A stretch of 64,000 nucleotides of DNA. Origin: an uncultured Gemmatimonadaceae bacterium. GTDB lineage: Bacteria > Gemmatimonadota > Gemmatimonadetes > Gemmatimonadales > Gemmatimonadaceae. Below, one piece after another: positions 8,526 through 17,265 of the stretch. The notes beneath the pieces are model-generated. The model saw nothing but the letters and a program-made list of their open reading frames with translations, was not told where the DNA came from and did no database searches. Every line of letters starts with the position of its first letter. The stretch's first letter is position 1. The stretch covers positions 171,693 to 235,692 of the forward strand of contig CAWFCT010000022.1 in the NCBI GenBank assembly GCA_963814345.1, written 5' to 3'. Made by a program: the position numbers and the translations under genes.

Positions 8526-10499
8526 TTGGATACCTCACCGTACGCCGAGCTATTTCTCACCGAAAGCCGCGAACACGTTTCGGCGGTGAATCACTGGCTG
8601 TTGGAGTTGGAGCGCGGCGCCGGTGGGGACGAGCCGGTCCGCGAGCTCTTCCGCGCGGTGCACACGGTGAAGGGGATGAGTGCCACGATGGGCTACGCCG
8701 TCGTGGCGGAATTGTCGCACGAGATGGAGACCCTGCTCGATCGGGTCCGGCACCGGACCATGGAGATCACGCCGGAGGTGATGGACGTGCTGTTTCGCGC
8801 CGCTGACGTGCTCGAACAAGCCGTGGAGGCGTCGGTGGCCGGACGGCTGGACGACGTGCATCCCGAGGGGGTGCTCGATCGGCTGCGGGCCATGGGGCGC
8901 GCCACGCCGCGCGCGTCGGCCGCGATCGCCAGGCTGCCGATGGACGAGCACCTGTGGACGGTGCCGGCCCCGGACGGCCAGGGCACGGTGGTGCGCGTAC
9001 GCCTGGTCCGCGAAGCGCCGCTGCGCGGCGTGCGGGCGTTCCTCATCGTGCAGGAACTCGGGGCGCTCGGCGCGGTCACCGGGGTGTCGCCATCGCTCGA
9101 GGCACTGCAGGGTGACCGGTTCGAGTTCGATTTCGCGGTGCGCGTGCAGACCAGGGTGGCGGCGCAGGAGATCGAGCGCGTCGTACGGGCCGCCGGCGAC
9201 GTGATGCTGGTGGCCGTCGAGGGCGCGCCCGGGTTCGGGGCCGCGCCGACGACGCCGGAGGATCGCCCCTCGGGGCTGCTCGCCGCCGTCGAGAGTGCGG
9301 ACGCCGAGGAGCCACCGGCGAACGGCGACGCGCCGGCGCCGCCGGCGGCGCCGATCCGGGCACCCCGCCACGTCCGGGTGGATCAGCGCCGCCTGGATGC
9401 CCTGATGAACCTGATCGGCGAACTGGTGATCGCTCGCGGCCGCCTGCTGCAGATCGGCGGACGGCTGGCCGATCCCGCGCTCGACGAGACGCTGGCGCAG
9501 GCATCGCGATTGATCGCCGATTTGCGCGACGAGATCGTGACGAGCCGCATGGTGCCCGTCTGGCAGGTGTTCGACCGGTTTCCGCGGCTGGTGCGCGACG
9601 CCGCCCGCGGGTTGGACAAGGAGATCGATTTCTCCATCGAGGGCAAGGACATCGAACTCGACCGGTCGATGCTCGACGAGATCGGCGATCCGATCGTGCA
9701 CCTGCTCCGGAACGCCGTGGACCACGGCGTTGAGGCCCCGGACGATCGCGAACGGCTGGGCAAGCCGCGGGCGGGGCGGCTCGTGCTCTCGGCGGTGCGC
9801 GATCGATCGGCGGTCGTCATCAAGGTGAGCGACGACGGGCGGGGCATCGACCGGGCGCGTGTGCTGGAGAAGGCGAAGGCGACGGGGGTCGTGGACGCGA
9901 GCCGGACCGACCTCAGTGACGAGGAACTGGTGCGGCTGGTCGCGCGCCCGGGGTTCTCGACGGCCGACCAGGTGACCGGGCTGTCGGGGCGGGGCGTGGG
10001 AGTGGACGCGGTGATCTCCCGCGTCAGGGCGCTGGGTGGTTCGGTGGACATCAAGACGCAGACGGGGCTCGGGACCACGGTCACCCTCCGGCTGCCCCTC
10101 ACGCTGGCCATTCTCCGCGCCCTGATGTCGCGGGTGGCGGACGAGGTCTACGCGGTGCCGATGGCGCACGTGTGCGAGACGGTGGAACTGGCGGCCGAAC
10201 GGCTCCGGACGCTGCGCGGCCGCGAGGTGTTCACGGTGCGAGACGACGTGTTGCCGCTCCTGCGGCTCCGTGACATCGTGGGCCTGCCCCGGCGCGAGGA
10301 GGATGCGCGAGAGCACGTCATCGTGCTGGAGTTGGCGGACCGGCGGGCCGGGCTGGTCGTGGATGGGCTGGCGGGGCAGCAGGAGATCGTAGTCAAGCAG
10401 TACGATCCGGTGCGGACACAGGTGCAGGCGTTCAGCGGCGCGACGATTCTCGGGGACGGCGCCCCGGCGCTGATCCTCGACGTGGGCAGTCTCTCCTGA
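8526..10499 (+). CDS. cheA: CheA histidine kinase (P1 Hpt, P3, P4 HATPase, P5 CheW-like; no receiver domain)
   Basis: Hpt motif HTVKGMSATMG, P3/P4 motifs HLLRNAVDHG, DDGRGID and GRGVGVD, and a C-terminal CheW-like domain. TTG start at 8526 after GGAG. Confidence 0.93.
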   Translation: MDTSPYAELFLTESREHVSAVNHWLLELERGAGGDEPVRELFRAVHTVKGMSATMGYAVVAELSHEMETLLDRVRHRTMEITPEVMDVLFRAADVLEQAVEASVAGRLDDVHPEGVLDRLRAMGRATPRASAAIARLPMDEHLWTVPAPDGQGTVVRVRLVREAPLRGVRAFLIVQELGALGAVTGVSPSLEALQGDRFEFDFAVRVQTRVAAQEIERVVRAAGDVMLVAVEGAPGFGAAPTTPEDRPSGLLAAVESADAEEPPANGDAPAPPAAPIRAPRHVRVDQRRLDALMNLIGELVIARGRLLQIGGRLADPALDETLAQASRLIADLRDEIVTSRMVPVWQVFDRFPRLVRDAARGLDKEIDFSIEGKDIELDRSMLDEIGDPIVHLLRNAVDHGVEAPDDRERLGKPRAGRLVLSAVRDRSAVVIKVSDDGRGIDRARVLEKAKATGVVDASRTDLSDEELVRLVARPGFSTADQVTGLSGRGVGVDAVISRVRALGGSVDIKTQTGLGTTVTLRLPLTLAILRALMSRVADEVYAVPMAHVCETVELAAERLRTLRGREVFTVRDDVLPLLRLRDIVGLPRREEDAREHVIVLELADRRAGLVVDGLAGQQEIVVKQYDPVRTQVQAFSGATILGDGAPALILDVGSLS

Positions 10500-10511
10500 G
10501 GGAGCATTTGC

Positions 10512-11132
10512 ATGGAAGAGCTTCATTCCCTGAAGGCGTTGCAGCTGGATGCCCTGCGCGAGGTGGCCAACATCGGCGCCGGGCACGCGGCAACGGCTCT
10601 CTCACAGATGGTCGGGGGCACGATCATGATCAGCGTGCCGCGCATCAACATCCAGCGACTCGACGCCATTGCGCCGATGGTGGCGGCCCCCGACGAGCCG
10701 GTCGCGGCGGTGCTGCTGCACATTCTGGGCGACCTGTCGGGCCGGACGCTCCTCGTGTTCCCGAAGGCGGCGGCGCTCCAGTTGGCCGAGGTGATGCTGC
10801 ACCGGCCGAGCGGGTCGTCGACGGAGCTCGGGGAACTGGAGCAGTCGGCGATCAAGGAAGCCGGCAACATTCTCAGCAGCGCGTACATGAACGCGCTCAG
10901 CGAATTCATGGGCATGCTCCTGCTGCCGTCGCCGCCGGCGCTGGCGGTGGACATGTCGGCCGCGGTCCTCACCACGGCCTATCTGCAGTTCGGCACGAGC
11001 CGGGATTACGTGTTCTGCGTGGAGAGCGACTTCATGCTCCAGGGCGAGGCGGACCGCCTGCGCGGCTTCTTCCTGCTGCTGCCCGACCCGGCATCGCTGC
11101 AGGCCATTCTGCGCGCCATTCGCGTGACGTGA
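10512..11132 (+). CDS. cheC: CheC-family CheY-P phosphatase
   Basis: Two copies of the (D/S)xxxExxN active-site motif: DALREVANIGAG and SAIKEAGNILSS. 206 aa. Confidence 0.8.
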   Translation: MEELHSLKALQLDALREVANIGAGHAATALSQMVGGTIMISVPRINIQRLDAIAPMVAAPDEPVAAVLLHILGDLSGRTLLVFPKAAALQLAEVMLHRPSGSSTELGELEQSAIKEAGNILSSAYMNALSEFMGMLLLPSPPALAVDMSAAVLTTAYLQFGTSRDYVFCVESDFMLQGEADRLRGFFLLLPDPASLQAILRAIRVT

Positions 11133-11133
11133 C

Positions 11134-13824
11134 ATGGCCGCTTCGTCCCCTGGTTCCGCCCACGACCGCGAGATTCTGAGGTCGTTTGCCCGACGCATCG
11201 ATCCGTCGGACGCCGGCGCGCACAACAACCTGGGGGTGTTGTACTTCAACAAGGGGCTGCACGAGGAAGCGGTGCAGGCCTTCATGCGGGCGCTGGAACT
11301 CGATCCCCGCATGGAAGTGGCCCAACGCAACCTCGAGATCGCCTATTTCAACACCGGCTACTACGACCGGCGCGTGCCCGAGCTGCAGGATCGGGTACGC
11401 CGCGAGCCGGCGGACCGGGACGCGCGGTGGGAGTTGGCCCGCACGTACGCCCTGCTCGGCGAGCATCAGCAGGCCGTGGACGAATTCTCGGCGCTGCTCG
11501 CCCACACGCCGGACGACGTGGGCGCGATCCTGCAGTTGGGGCTTGCCGAACGCGCGCTCGGCCACACCGAGCGGGCGCAGCAGTGGCTGGAGCGGGCGCG
11601 GGACCTCGACCCCGACAGTTCGCTGGTCCACTTCTATCTCGGCGAGGTGGCCTACAATCGCGGGCTCAACGACGACGCCCTGGCGTCGCTGGAAATGGCA
11701 CTGGCCCTCAATCCCGACAACTACGACGCCCTCTACCTGATGGGATTCGTGCTCGGCGACATGGGGCGGCAGGAGGAGGCCCGCGCGCTGACCAACCGTG
11801 CCATCAAGCTCAATCCCACGCTGTCGCGCGCGCAGGCGAATCTCTCCATCGACCAGAACAAGCCGGAGCGCTACGAGGCGTTGGTCGGCGGGCGCCGGTC
11901 GCATCGCATGGAGGTGTCCCCCGACGGCCAGTTGGCGCACTACAACCTCGGGCTCGCTTTCCGGCAGAAGGGGTACTACCCCGAGGCGCTGCGCGAATAC
12001 CGGCTCGCCCTCGACCGCGGCGAGGACGAGGACCTCGTGCGGCAGGCGATGGCCGAAGTCCACCTGGTGAGTGGCGACGTGAGCGGGGCGCTGGCGCTCT
12101 ACGACCGGCTCCTCGAGCGCATGCCCGCGAGCCCCAAGCTCTGGAACGAGCGCGGCGTGGCGCTGCACCAGGACGGGCGCGCGGCCGAGGCGGAGGAGAG
12201 CTATCGGCGGGCCATCGCCGCCGACCGGCGCTACGCGCTGGCCCACAACAACCTGGGAGTCGCGCTCGGCCAGTCGGGGGACGGGGATGCCGCGCTCGCC
12301 GAGTTCCGCGCCGCCCTGGATGCGCGTCCCGACCTCGTGAAGGCGCGGCTGAACCTCGCGCTGCTGCTCTACAAGGCCAAGCGGCTGCCGATGGCGCTCG
12401 AGGCATATCGCCAGGTGCTGGCCACCGAGCCGGAACACCCGGCGGCCTGGAACGGCGCCGGCGTGGTGCTCGCCGATTTTCACAAGTTCGAGGATGCGCG
12501 GAACGCCTTTGCGCGGGCCATCCAGGCCCGGCCGCAGTACGCGGAGGCGCACTACAACCTGAGCTTCTGTCTCTCGAATCTGGGCGATTTCGAGGGCGCG
12601 CTGCGCGAGACCAAACTGGCGCTGGAGATGGAGCCGTACTACATGGGGCAGAAGTTCGAGCTCGCCATCGACCTGCAGTACGAGGACCCGGATCTTTCCA
12701 TCCAGCCCGATCTGGGCGGTGAGGCCCATACCGCGGAGGCGATCGAGGCGTTCGACTTCGACGCCGGCCTGCTGGACTCCGTGTTCACGCAGCTGGCGCC
12801 GGCGCCGGGGCCGCTGCCGCCGGTGGAGACGGACCCGTACAAGATGGCGGCCGACTTCCTGTCCAAGGGGCTCGTCGAACGGGCCCAGATGGAGGTGCGG
12901 CGGGCGCTGGCCCAGGGCGCCGACTGCGTGGCCGGTAATGTGCTGCTCGGCCAGACGTTCATGCGACAGGGGGTGTACGGGGAGGCACTGGAGCGTTTCC
13001 GCGAAGCCCGCCGCGCGGCGCCCGACCACCCGATGGCGATGCACGGCGAGGCGCGCTGTCTGCTCAACCTGGGACAGGGCGCGGCGGCGCTGCCCCTCGT
13101 CGAGAAACTGGTGCTGCATGCCTCGGAGGACATCGACACGCTGATGCTCGCGGCCGGCGTCCGCGCCGCGGCGGGCGATCCCGCCGCCGCGCTGGCCACG
13201 CTCGACGCGGCCCGCCGCGTGGCGCCGATGCGGGCCGACGTGCATCGTGAGATGGGCGACATCGCGCGGCGGCTGGGCGACCTGGAAGGCGCGATCATCA
13301 ACTATCGCAACGCCCTGGCGCTCGATCCGCAGTTCGCCGGCGTGCGCTACGAACTGGCGCATCTGCTGATCGAGAAGCGACAGCTGGCGGCGGCGGAGTA
13401 CGAGTTGCTCTCCGCCCTGGAGACGGTGCCCACGTATGCGCAGGCCACGCTGGAGTTGGCCCGGCTGCGCCGTATGACCGGGCGGGCCGAATCGGCGCTG
13501 CCGCTGCTCATCGAACTCCTGCAGCGCGACCCGTACCACTTCGACGCCCTGATCGCCCTCGGGGAGACGCTCCTCGCGCTCGGGCGCAAGGAGGACGCGG
13601 TCACCGCGTTCGCCCGCGTGCTCCGCTTCGATCCCCACCATGTGGGCGCGCTCTACCACGAAGGCGTCCTGTTCGCCGAACGCCGTCACTTTCGAGAAGC
13701 CATCGACCGGTGGGAGCAGGTGCGCACGTTGGCGCCGGCCACCGAATACGCCCGCCGGGCCCGCCGCGAGATCCGCTCGGCCACCGACCTGCAACGCATC
13801 TTCGCTGAACGCGCAACCACCTGA
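11134..13824 (+). CDS. Large tetratricopeptide-repeat (TPR) protein, 896 aa
   Basis: TPR-like 34-aa repeats run end to end (e.g. AHNNLGVLYFNKGLHEEAVQAFMRALELDP, ALAHNNLGVALGQSGDGDAALAEFRAALDARP). No other domain was recognised. It starts 1 nt after the cheC stop. Confidence 0.8.
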   Translation: MAASSPGSAHDREILRSFARRIDPSDAGAHNNLGVLYFNKGLHEEAVQAFMRALELDPRMEVAQRNLEIAYFNTGYYDRRVPELQDRVRREPADRDARWELARTYALLGEHQQAVDEFSALLAHTPDDVGAILQLGLAERALGHTERAQQWLERARDLDPDSSLVHFYLGEVAYNRGLNDDALASLEMALALNPDNYDALYLMGFVLGDMGRQEEARALTNRAIKLNPTLSRAQANLSIDQNKPERYEALVGGRRSHRMEVSPDGQLAHYNLGLAFRQKGYYPEALREYRLALDRGEDEDLVRQAMAEVHLVSGDVSGALALYDRLLERMPASPKLWNERGVALHQDGRAAEAEESYRRAIAADRRYALAHNNLGVALGQSGDGDAALAEFRAALDARPDLVKARLNLALLLYKAKRLPMALEAYRQVLATEPEHPAAWNGAGVVLADFHKFEDARNAFARAIQARPQYAEAHYNLSFCLSNLGDFEGALRETKLALEMEPYYMGQKFELAIDLQYEDPDLSIQPDLGGEAHTAEAIEAFDFDAGLLDSVFTQLAPAPGPLPPVETDPYKMAADFLSKGLVERAQMEVRRALAQGADCVAGNVLLGQTFMRQGVYGEALERFREARRAAPDHPMAMHGEARCLLNLGQGAAALPLVEKLVLHASEDIDTLMLAAGVRAAAGDPAAALATLDAARRVAPMRADVHREMGDIARRLGDLEGAIINYRNALALDPQFAGVRYELAHLLIEKRQLAAAEYELLSALETVPTYAQATLELARLRRMTGRAESALPLLIELLQRDPYHFDALIALGETLLALGRKEDAVTAFARVLRFDPHHVGALYHEGVLFAERRHFREAIDRWEQVRTLAPATEYARRARREIRSATDLQRIFAERATT

Positions 13825-13826
13825 CC

Positions 13827-14969
13827 ATGGCGATCGAAGGCCCACTTCGCGAACTCGGCATTCACGACGTCTTCCAACTGCTCGATCTGAGCCGGAAGAC
13901 GGGCACGCTTCGCGTGCGGTCGGAGCTGCGGGATGACGAGGGGGTGGTGCACTTCGCCAACGGCCGCGTGGTGCACGCCGGCATTCGCAGTCTGCCGACC
14001 TCGCTGGAAGGCATCCTCGTGTCGGCGGGCCGCGTGAGCGAGGCCGACGTCCAGGCGGCGCGGGAGCTGGTGGGGCCCCGGGGAACGCCGGCCCAGCTCG
14101 CGGACGCCCTCGTGTCGAACGGGGCGGTGTCGCAGCGCGAAGTGGAACGGCAGGTGCGGCGGCAGATCGAGTCCGTCGTCTTCGAACTGATCTCGTGGCG
14201 CGAGGGATTCTTCTCGTTCGAAGAGGTGGCCGCGCCCGACCTGCCCGTGGACAGCCGGATCAGCGTTTCGACGGAATCCCTGCTCATGGAGGGGGCGCGG
14301 CGCATCGACGAGTGGTCGCGAATCGCGGACACGGTGCCCAACCTCCAGATGGTGCCCGTGTTCGCGACGGCCGATGATGGTCAGGGCGCGCAGCTCGATC
14401 TGCTGCCGCACGAGTGGGAAGTGCTGACGATGATCGATGGAACGCGCGACCTGCGGGGGATTGCCGGCGGGCTGGGGCGGAGCGAATTCGAGGTCGCCAA
14501 GATCGCCTACGGGCTGATCACCACCGGGGTGGTGGCGCTGGAGCCCCCGACGGCGATGCCGCGCGAGACCGAGGCGAGCCGCGAGGCCGGCGCCGAGGCG
14601 CTCCGCCGCGCGCGCGAGTCGCTGGCCTGCGGCGAGTACGCGGCGGCGCTCGAGGCGGGCCGGTCCGCGATCGAGACGCAGGGCACCGAGGCGCGGCTGG
14701 TGACGGCGCGCGCCCTCGTGAAATTGGAGCGCCATGCCGATGCCGCCGAGGAACTCCGGCGGGCCGTGTACGCCGATCCGCTCACGCCACGCGTACATCT
14801 CGATCTCGGATTCGCCGCCGTGAGCACGGGAGAGTTCGCCACGGCGCGCGCGAGTTGGGAGCACTTCCTGCGATTGGCCTCCGGTGGAGCCGACGCCGCC
14901 CGCGCCCGCTCGGCCCTGGACGCGCTGACCCGACTCATGAATCTGCTGGAGGCGCACGCCGATGGCTGA
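13827..14969 (+). CDS. PATAN (DUF4388) domain protein with C-terminal TPR region
   Basis: The N-terminus GPLRELGIHDVFQLLDLSRKTGTLRV...GVVHFANGRVVHA is the DUF4388/PATAN signature. The C-terminal third is TPR-like. Confidence 0.75.
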   Translation: MAIEGPLRELGIHDVFQLLDLSRKTGTLRVRSELRDDEGVVHFANGRVVHAGIRSLPTSLEGILVSAGRVSEADVQAARELVGPRGTPAQLADALVSNGAVSQREVERQVRRQIESVVFELISWREGFFSFEEVAAPDLPVDSRISVSTESLLMEGARRIDEWSRIADTVPNLQMVPVFATADDGQGAQLDLLPHEWEVLTMIDGTRDLRGIAGGLGRSEFEVAKIAYGLITTGVVALEPPTAMPRETEASREAGAEALRRARESLACGEYAAALEAGRSAIETQGTEARLVTARALVKLERHADAAEELRRAVYADPLTPRVHLDLGFAAVSTGEFATARASWEHFLRLASGGADAARARSALDALTRLMNLLEAHADG

Positions 14970-15819
14970 CGACATCCGGCGCTGGAGCGAGGAACTGGCG
15001 CGCGACCCGGGCAGCCTGGCGTTTCTGCTGCTCGGGGAGGCACTGCGCCGCCAGGGCGACCTGGAGACGGCGCAGCGTGTTGCCGTTCACGGGCTCAAGC
15101 GGCATCCGCACCACGCCGACGCGCACGACCTCCTGGCCCGCATCTACGCCGACCAGGGGCAGGTGGACCGGGCGGCGGAGGAGTGGGAGATGACGCTCCG
15201 CATGACGCCCGAGCATCCGGGAGCGCTCAAGGGGATGGCGTTCGTCTGCTTCCAGCGGCAGCAGTTCGAGGAAGCCGAAGACTACCTGCGTCGTGCGGCG
15301 CTGGGCGACGCGCCGGATTCCGGCATCCGCGCCGCCCTGGACACCGTGCGGCGCAACTCGACGACGGTCGACGCACCGGAGCTCGAGCCGGCGGTGGATG
15401 CGGAGGCCGATGCGGATCCCCAATTGGTGTTCGCGCGCATCCTCGAGACGGAAGACCGGACGGCGCTCCTGCTCGACGGATCGGGATTGGTGCTCGCCGG
15501 CGCCTACCTGACACCCGACGGTGACGACGTCGCGGCGGAGGTGGGCGCGCAACTGAGCGGCGTGTCGGAGGAAGCGGACCGTGCGACGCGGCATCTCGGT
15601 ATCGGTGAGTGGACGTCGATCGTGTTCGAGACGGAGGCCGCGGTGGTGGCCATGGCCCCGGCGGCGGAGGGCGGGCTGCTCGTGCTCGCCGCGTCGCGCG
15701 CGACGCCGCTGGGGTTGCTGCGGCGGCTGCTCGACCGGTGCGCCGAGCAGGCGCGCCGATGGATGGCGTGGCACGACGCGGGCGGGCCCGGCGCCGCGCG
15801 GCCAGGGGACGGCGCATGA
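14962..15819 (+). CDS. TPR + Roadblock/LC7 fusion protein
   Basis: TPR repeats occupy the N-terminal ~110 aa. The C-terminal ~110 aa (ETEDRTALLLDGSGLVLAGAY...EWTSIVFETEAAVVAMAPAAEGGLLVLAAS) has the Roadblock/LC7 (MglB-like) pattern. The start overlaps the previous stop by 8 nt. Confidence 0.7.
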   Translation: MADDIRRWSEELARDPGSLAFLLLGEALRRQGDLETAQRVAVHGLKRHPHHADAHDLLARIYADQGQVDRAAEEWEMTLRMTPEHPGALKGMAFVCFQRQQFEEAEDYLRRAALGDAPDSGIRAALDTVRRNSTTVDAPELEPAVDAEADADPQLVFARILETEDRTALLLDGSGLVLAGAYLTPDGDDVAAEVGAQLSGVSEEADRATRHLGIGEWTSIVFETEAAVVAMAPAAEGGLLVLAASRATPLGLLRRLLDRCAEQARRWMAWHDAGGPGAARPGDGA

Positions 15820-16163
15820 GTTCGCCGTTTCGGGAGATGCTGCATTCGCTCATGCGACTGCGTGGAGTGTTGGCCACCATGCTCGTGGACGAGCACGAGG
15901 GCATGATCATCGATTCGATTCTGCAGGTCGGTCAGGACGGCGACCGCGTGGCGGCCCTCGCCGCGTCGCTCCACCGCAAGGCGCGCAAGTCGGCCGAGGC
16001 GGCGGGGATGGGCGGCGTCTCGTACATGCAACTCGATGCGGCGGGCGGGCGGATCTGCGCGGCCGGGCGCGGCACGATGGTGCTGGTGGTCGTGGCGGCA
16101 CCCACCGCGAACATCGGTCTGGTGCGGGTGGAGACGCTCAAAGCCGTGCAGACGCTGCCATGA
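15816..16163 (+). CDS. Roadblock/LC7-domain protein (stand-alone; MglC-like candidate)
   Basis: I chose the ATG at 15816 (ATGA overlap). 115 aa: LRGVLATMLVDEHEGMIIDS...MVLVVVAAPTANIGLVRVE. The ORF-track start at 15609 is an out-of-context extension that overlaps the upstream gene. Confidence 0.75.
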   Translation: MSSPFREMLHSLMRLRGVLATMLVDEHEGMIIDSILQVGQDGDRVAALAASLHRKARKSAEAAGMGGVSYMQLDAAGGRICAAGRGTMVLVVVAAPTANIGLVRVETLKAVQTLP

Positions 16164-16636
16164 CCATCCGCGTCGTCGAACCCTGGGTCGAAGCGCCGCT
16201 GAAGCGATTCGTGGACGATGCTCGCGTGACCATCGCCCTGTTGTTGCTGCCGAGCGGTCAGGTGCTCGCGGAGCACGGGTTCACCCGGTCGCTCGACGTC
16301 GCCGCGGCCTGCGCGCTCGCGGCCGCCATCCACGCGTCGGGGGGCGAACTGGGCCGGATGCTCGACGGCCGGCCCTTCAGTGGGCTGCACCATGCGGGCC
16401 AGGACCGCCAGATCTTCCTGGGCGAGGCGCGGACGCCGCGGGGTACGTACATTTTCCTGACCGTCTTCGATCAGGAAAGCTCACTCGGGCTCGTTCGGCT
16501 GTATTTTGACGAATTCGTGGCGAACCTGAGTGCCGCGGCCCCCGAAGGCGGCGGCGCCTCCTCCGACACCGTTCTCGCCGACACCTTCGAGCGGGATCTC
16601 AACCGCAACCTGGCCGCGTTGTTCGGTCGGGGCTGA
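16160..16636 (+). CDS. mglB: MglB, the Roadblock/LC7 GTPase-activating partner of MglA
   Basis: I chose the ATG at 16160 (ATGA overlap). TVFDQESSLGLVRLYFDEF closely matches the Myxococcus MglB motif VIFDNRTSLGLVRLRIKK as I recall it. It sits immediately upstream of mglA, as in the mglBA operon. Confidence 0.8.
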   Translation: MTIRVVEPWVEAPLKRFVDDARVTIALLLLPSGQVLAEHGFTRSLDVAAACALAAAIHASGGELGRMLDGRPFSGLHHAGQDRQIFLGEARTPRGTYIFLTVFDQESSLGLVRLYFDEFVANLSAAAPEGGGASSDTVLADTFERDLNRNLAALFGRG

Positions 16637-16656
16637 CCTCCACCTCCCATCGCTCC

Positions 16657-17262
16657 GTGCCGCTCGTCAACTACGCCACCCGCGAGATCACCTGCAAGAT
16701 CGTCTATTACGGACCCGGCCGGTCCGGAAAGACGACCAACTTGCATCACATCTACGGGCAGGTGCCGGAAGACCGGAAGGGGAAGATGGTGTCGCTGGCG
16801 ACGCAGACCGACCGCACCCTGTTCTTCGATTTCCTGCCGCTCGACCTCGGCACCATTTCGGGGTTCACCACCAAGTTCCAGCTCTACACGGTGCCGGGGC
16901 AGGTGTACTACCAGTCCACGCGGAAGCTGGTGCTGCAGGGGGCGGACGGCGTGGTGTTCGTGGCGGACAGCCAGACGCGCCAGCTCGACGAGAACATCGA
17001 GAGCTTTCAGGACCTGCACGCCAACCTGGCGGATCAGGGCGTCGACGTGCGCGCGGTGCCCCTCGTGCTCCAGTACAACAAGCAGGATCTGCCGCGCGAT
17101 CTGATCATGGCCACCGAGGAGCTGCGGGACGCGATCAACTTTCGCGGCGTTCCCGATTTTCCGGCCGATGCCCTGCACGGCCCGGGCGTGTTCGAGACCC
17201 TGCGTGGCATCTCCGAACTCGTGCTGAAGCGGCTGAGTTCTCCCTCACGTGCGGCGAGGTAG
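16657..17262 (+). CDS. mglA: MglA, Ras-like polarity/motility GTPase
   Basis: Similarity to MglA runs the full length: NYATREITCKIVYYGPGRSGKTTNL, TDRTLFFDFLPL, LYTVPGQVYY, GVVFVADSQ, QYNKQDLP. GTG start at 16657. Confidence 0.92.
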   Translation: MPLVNYATREITCKIVYYGPGRSGKTTNLHHIYGQVPEDRKGKMVSLATQTDRTLFFDFLPLDLGTISGFTTKFQLYTVPGQVYYQSTRKLVLQGADGVVFVADSQTRQLDENIESFQDLHANLADQGVDVRAVPLVLQYNKQDLPRDLIMATEELRDAINFRGVPDFPADALHGPGVFETLRGISELVLKRLSSPSRAAR

Positions 17263-17265
17263 CGC

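Noticed and set aside
11032-13845. 937-aa minus-strand ORF opposite the 896-aa TPR gene
   Set aside because: The same shadow-ORF signature (Arg/Gly/Pro-rich, no motifs). The + strand frame has clear periodic TPR repeats and operon coupling.
16637-16656. Absence of a Shine-Dalgarno sequence before the mglA GTG start (C-rich cctccacctccc) as a sign of a wrong start
   Set aside because: The N-terminus aligns residue-for-residue with known MglA (xxINYxxREIxCKIVYYGPG). There is no in-frame alternative nearby.
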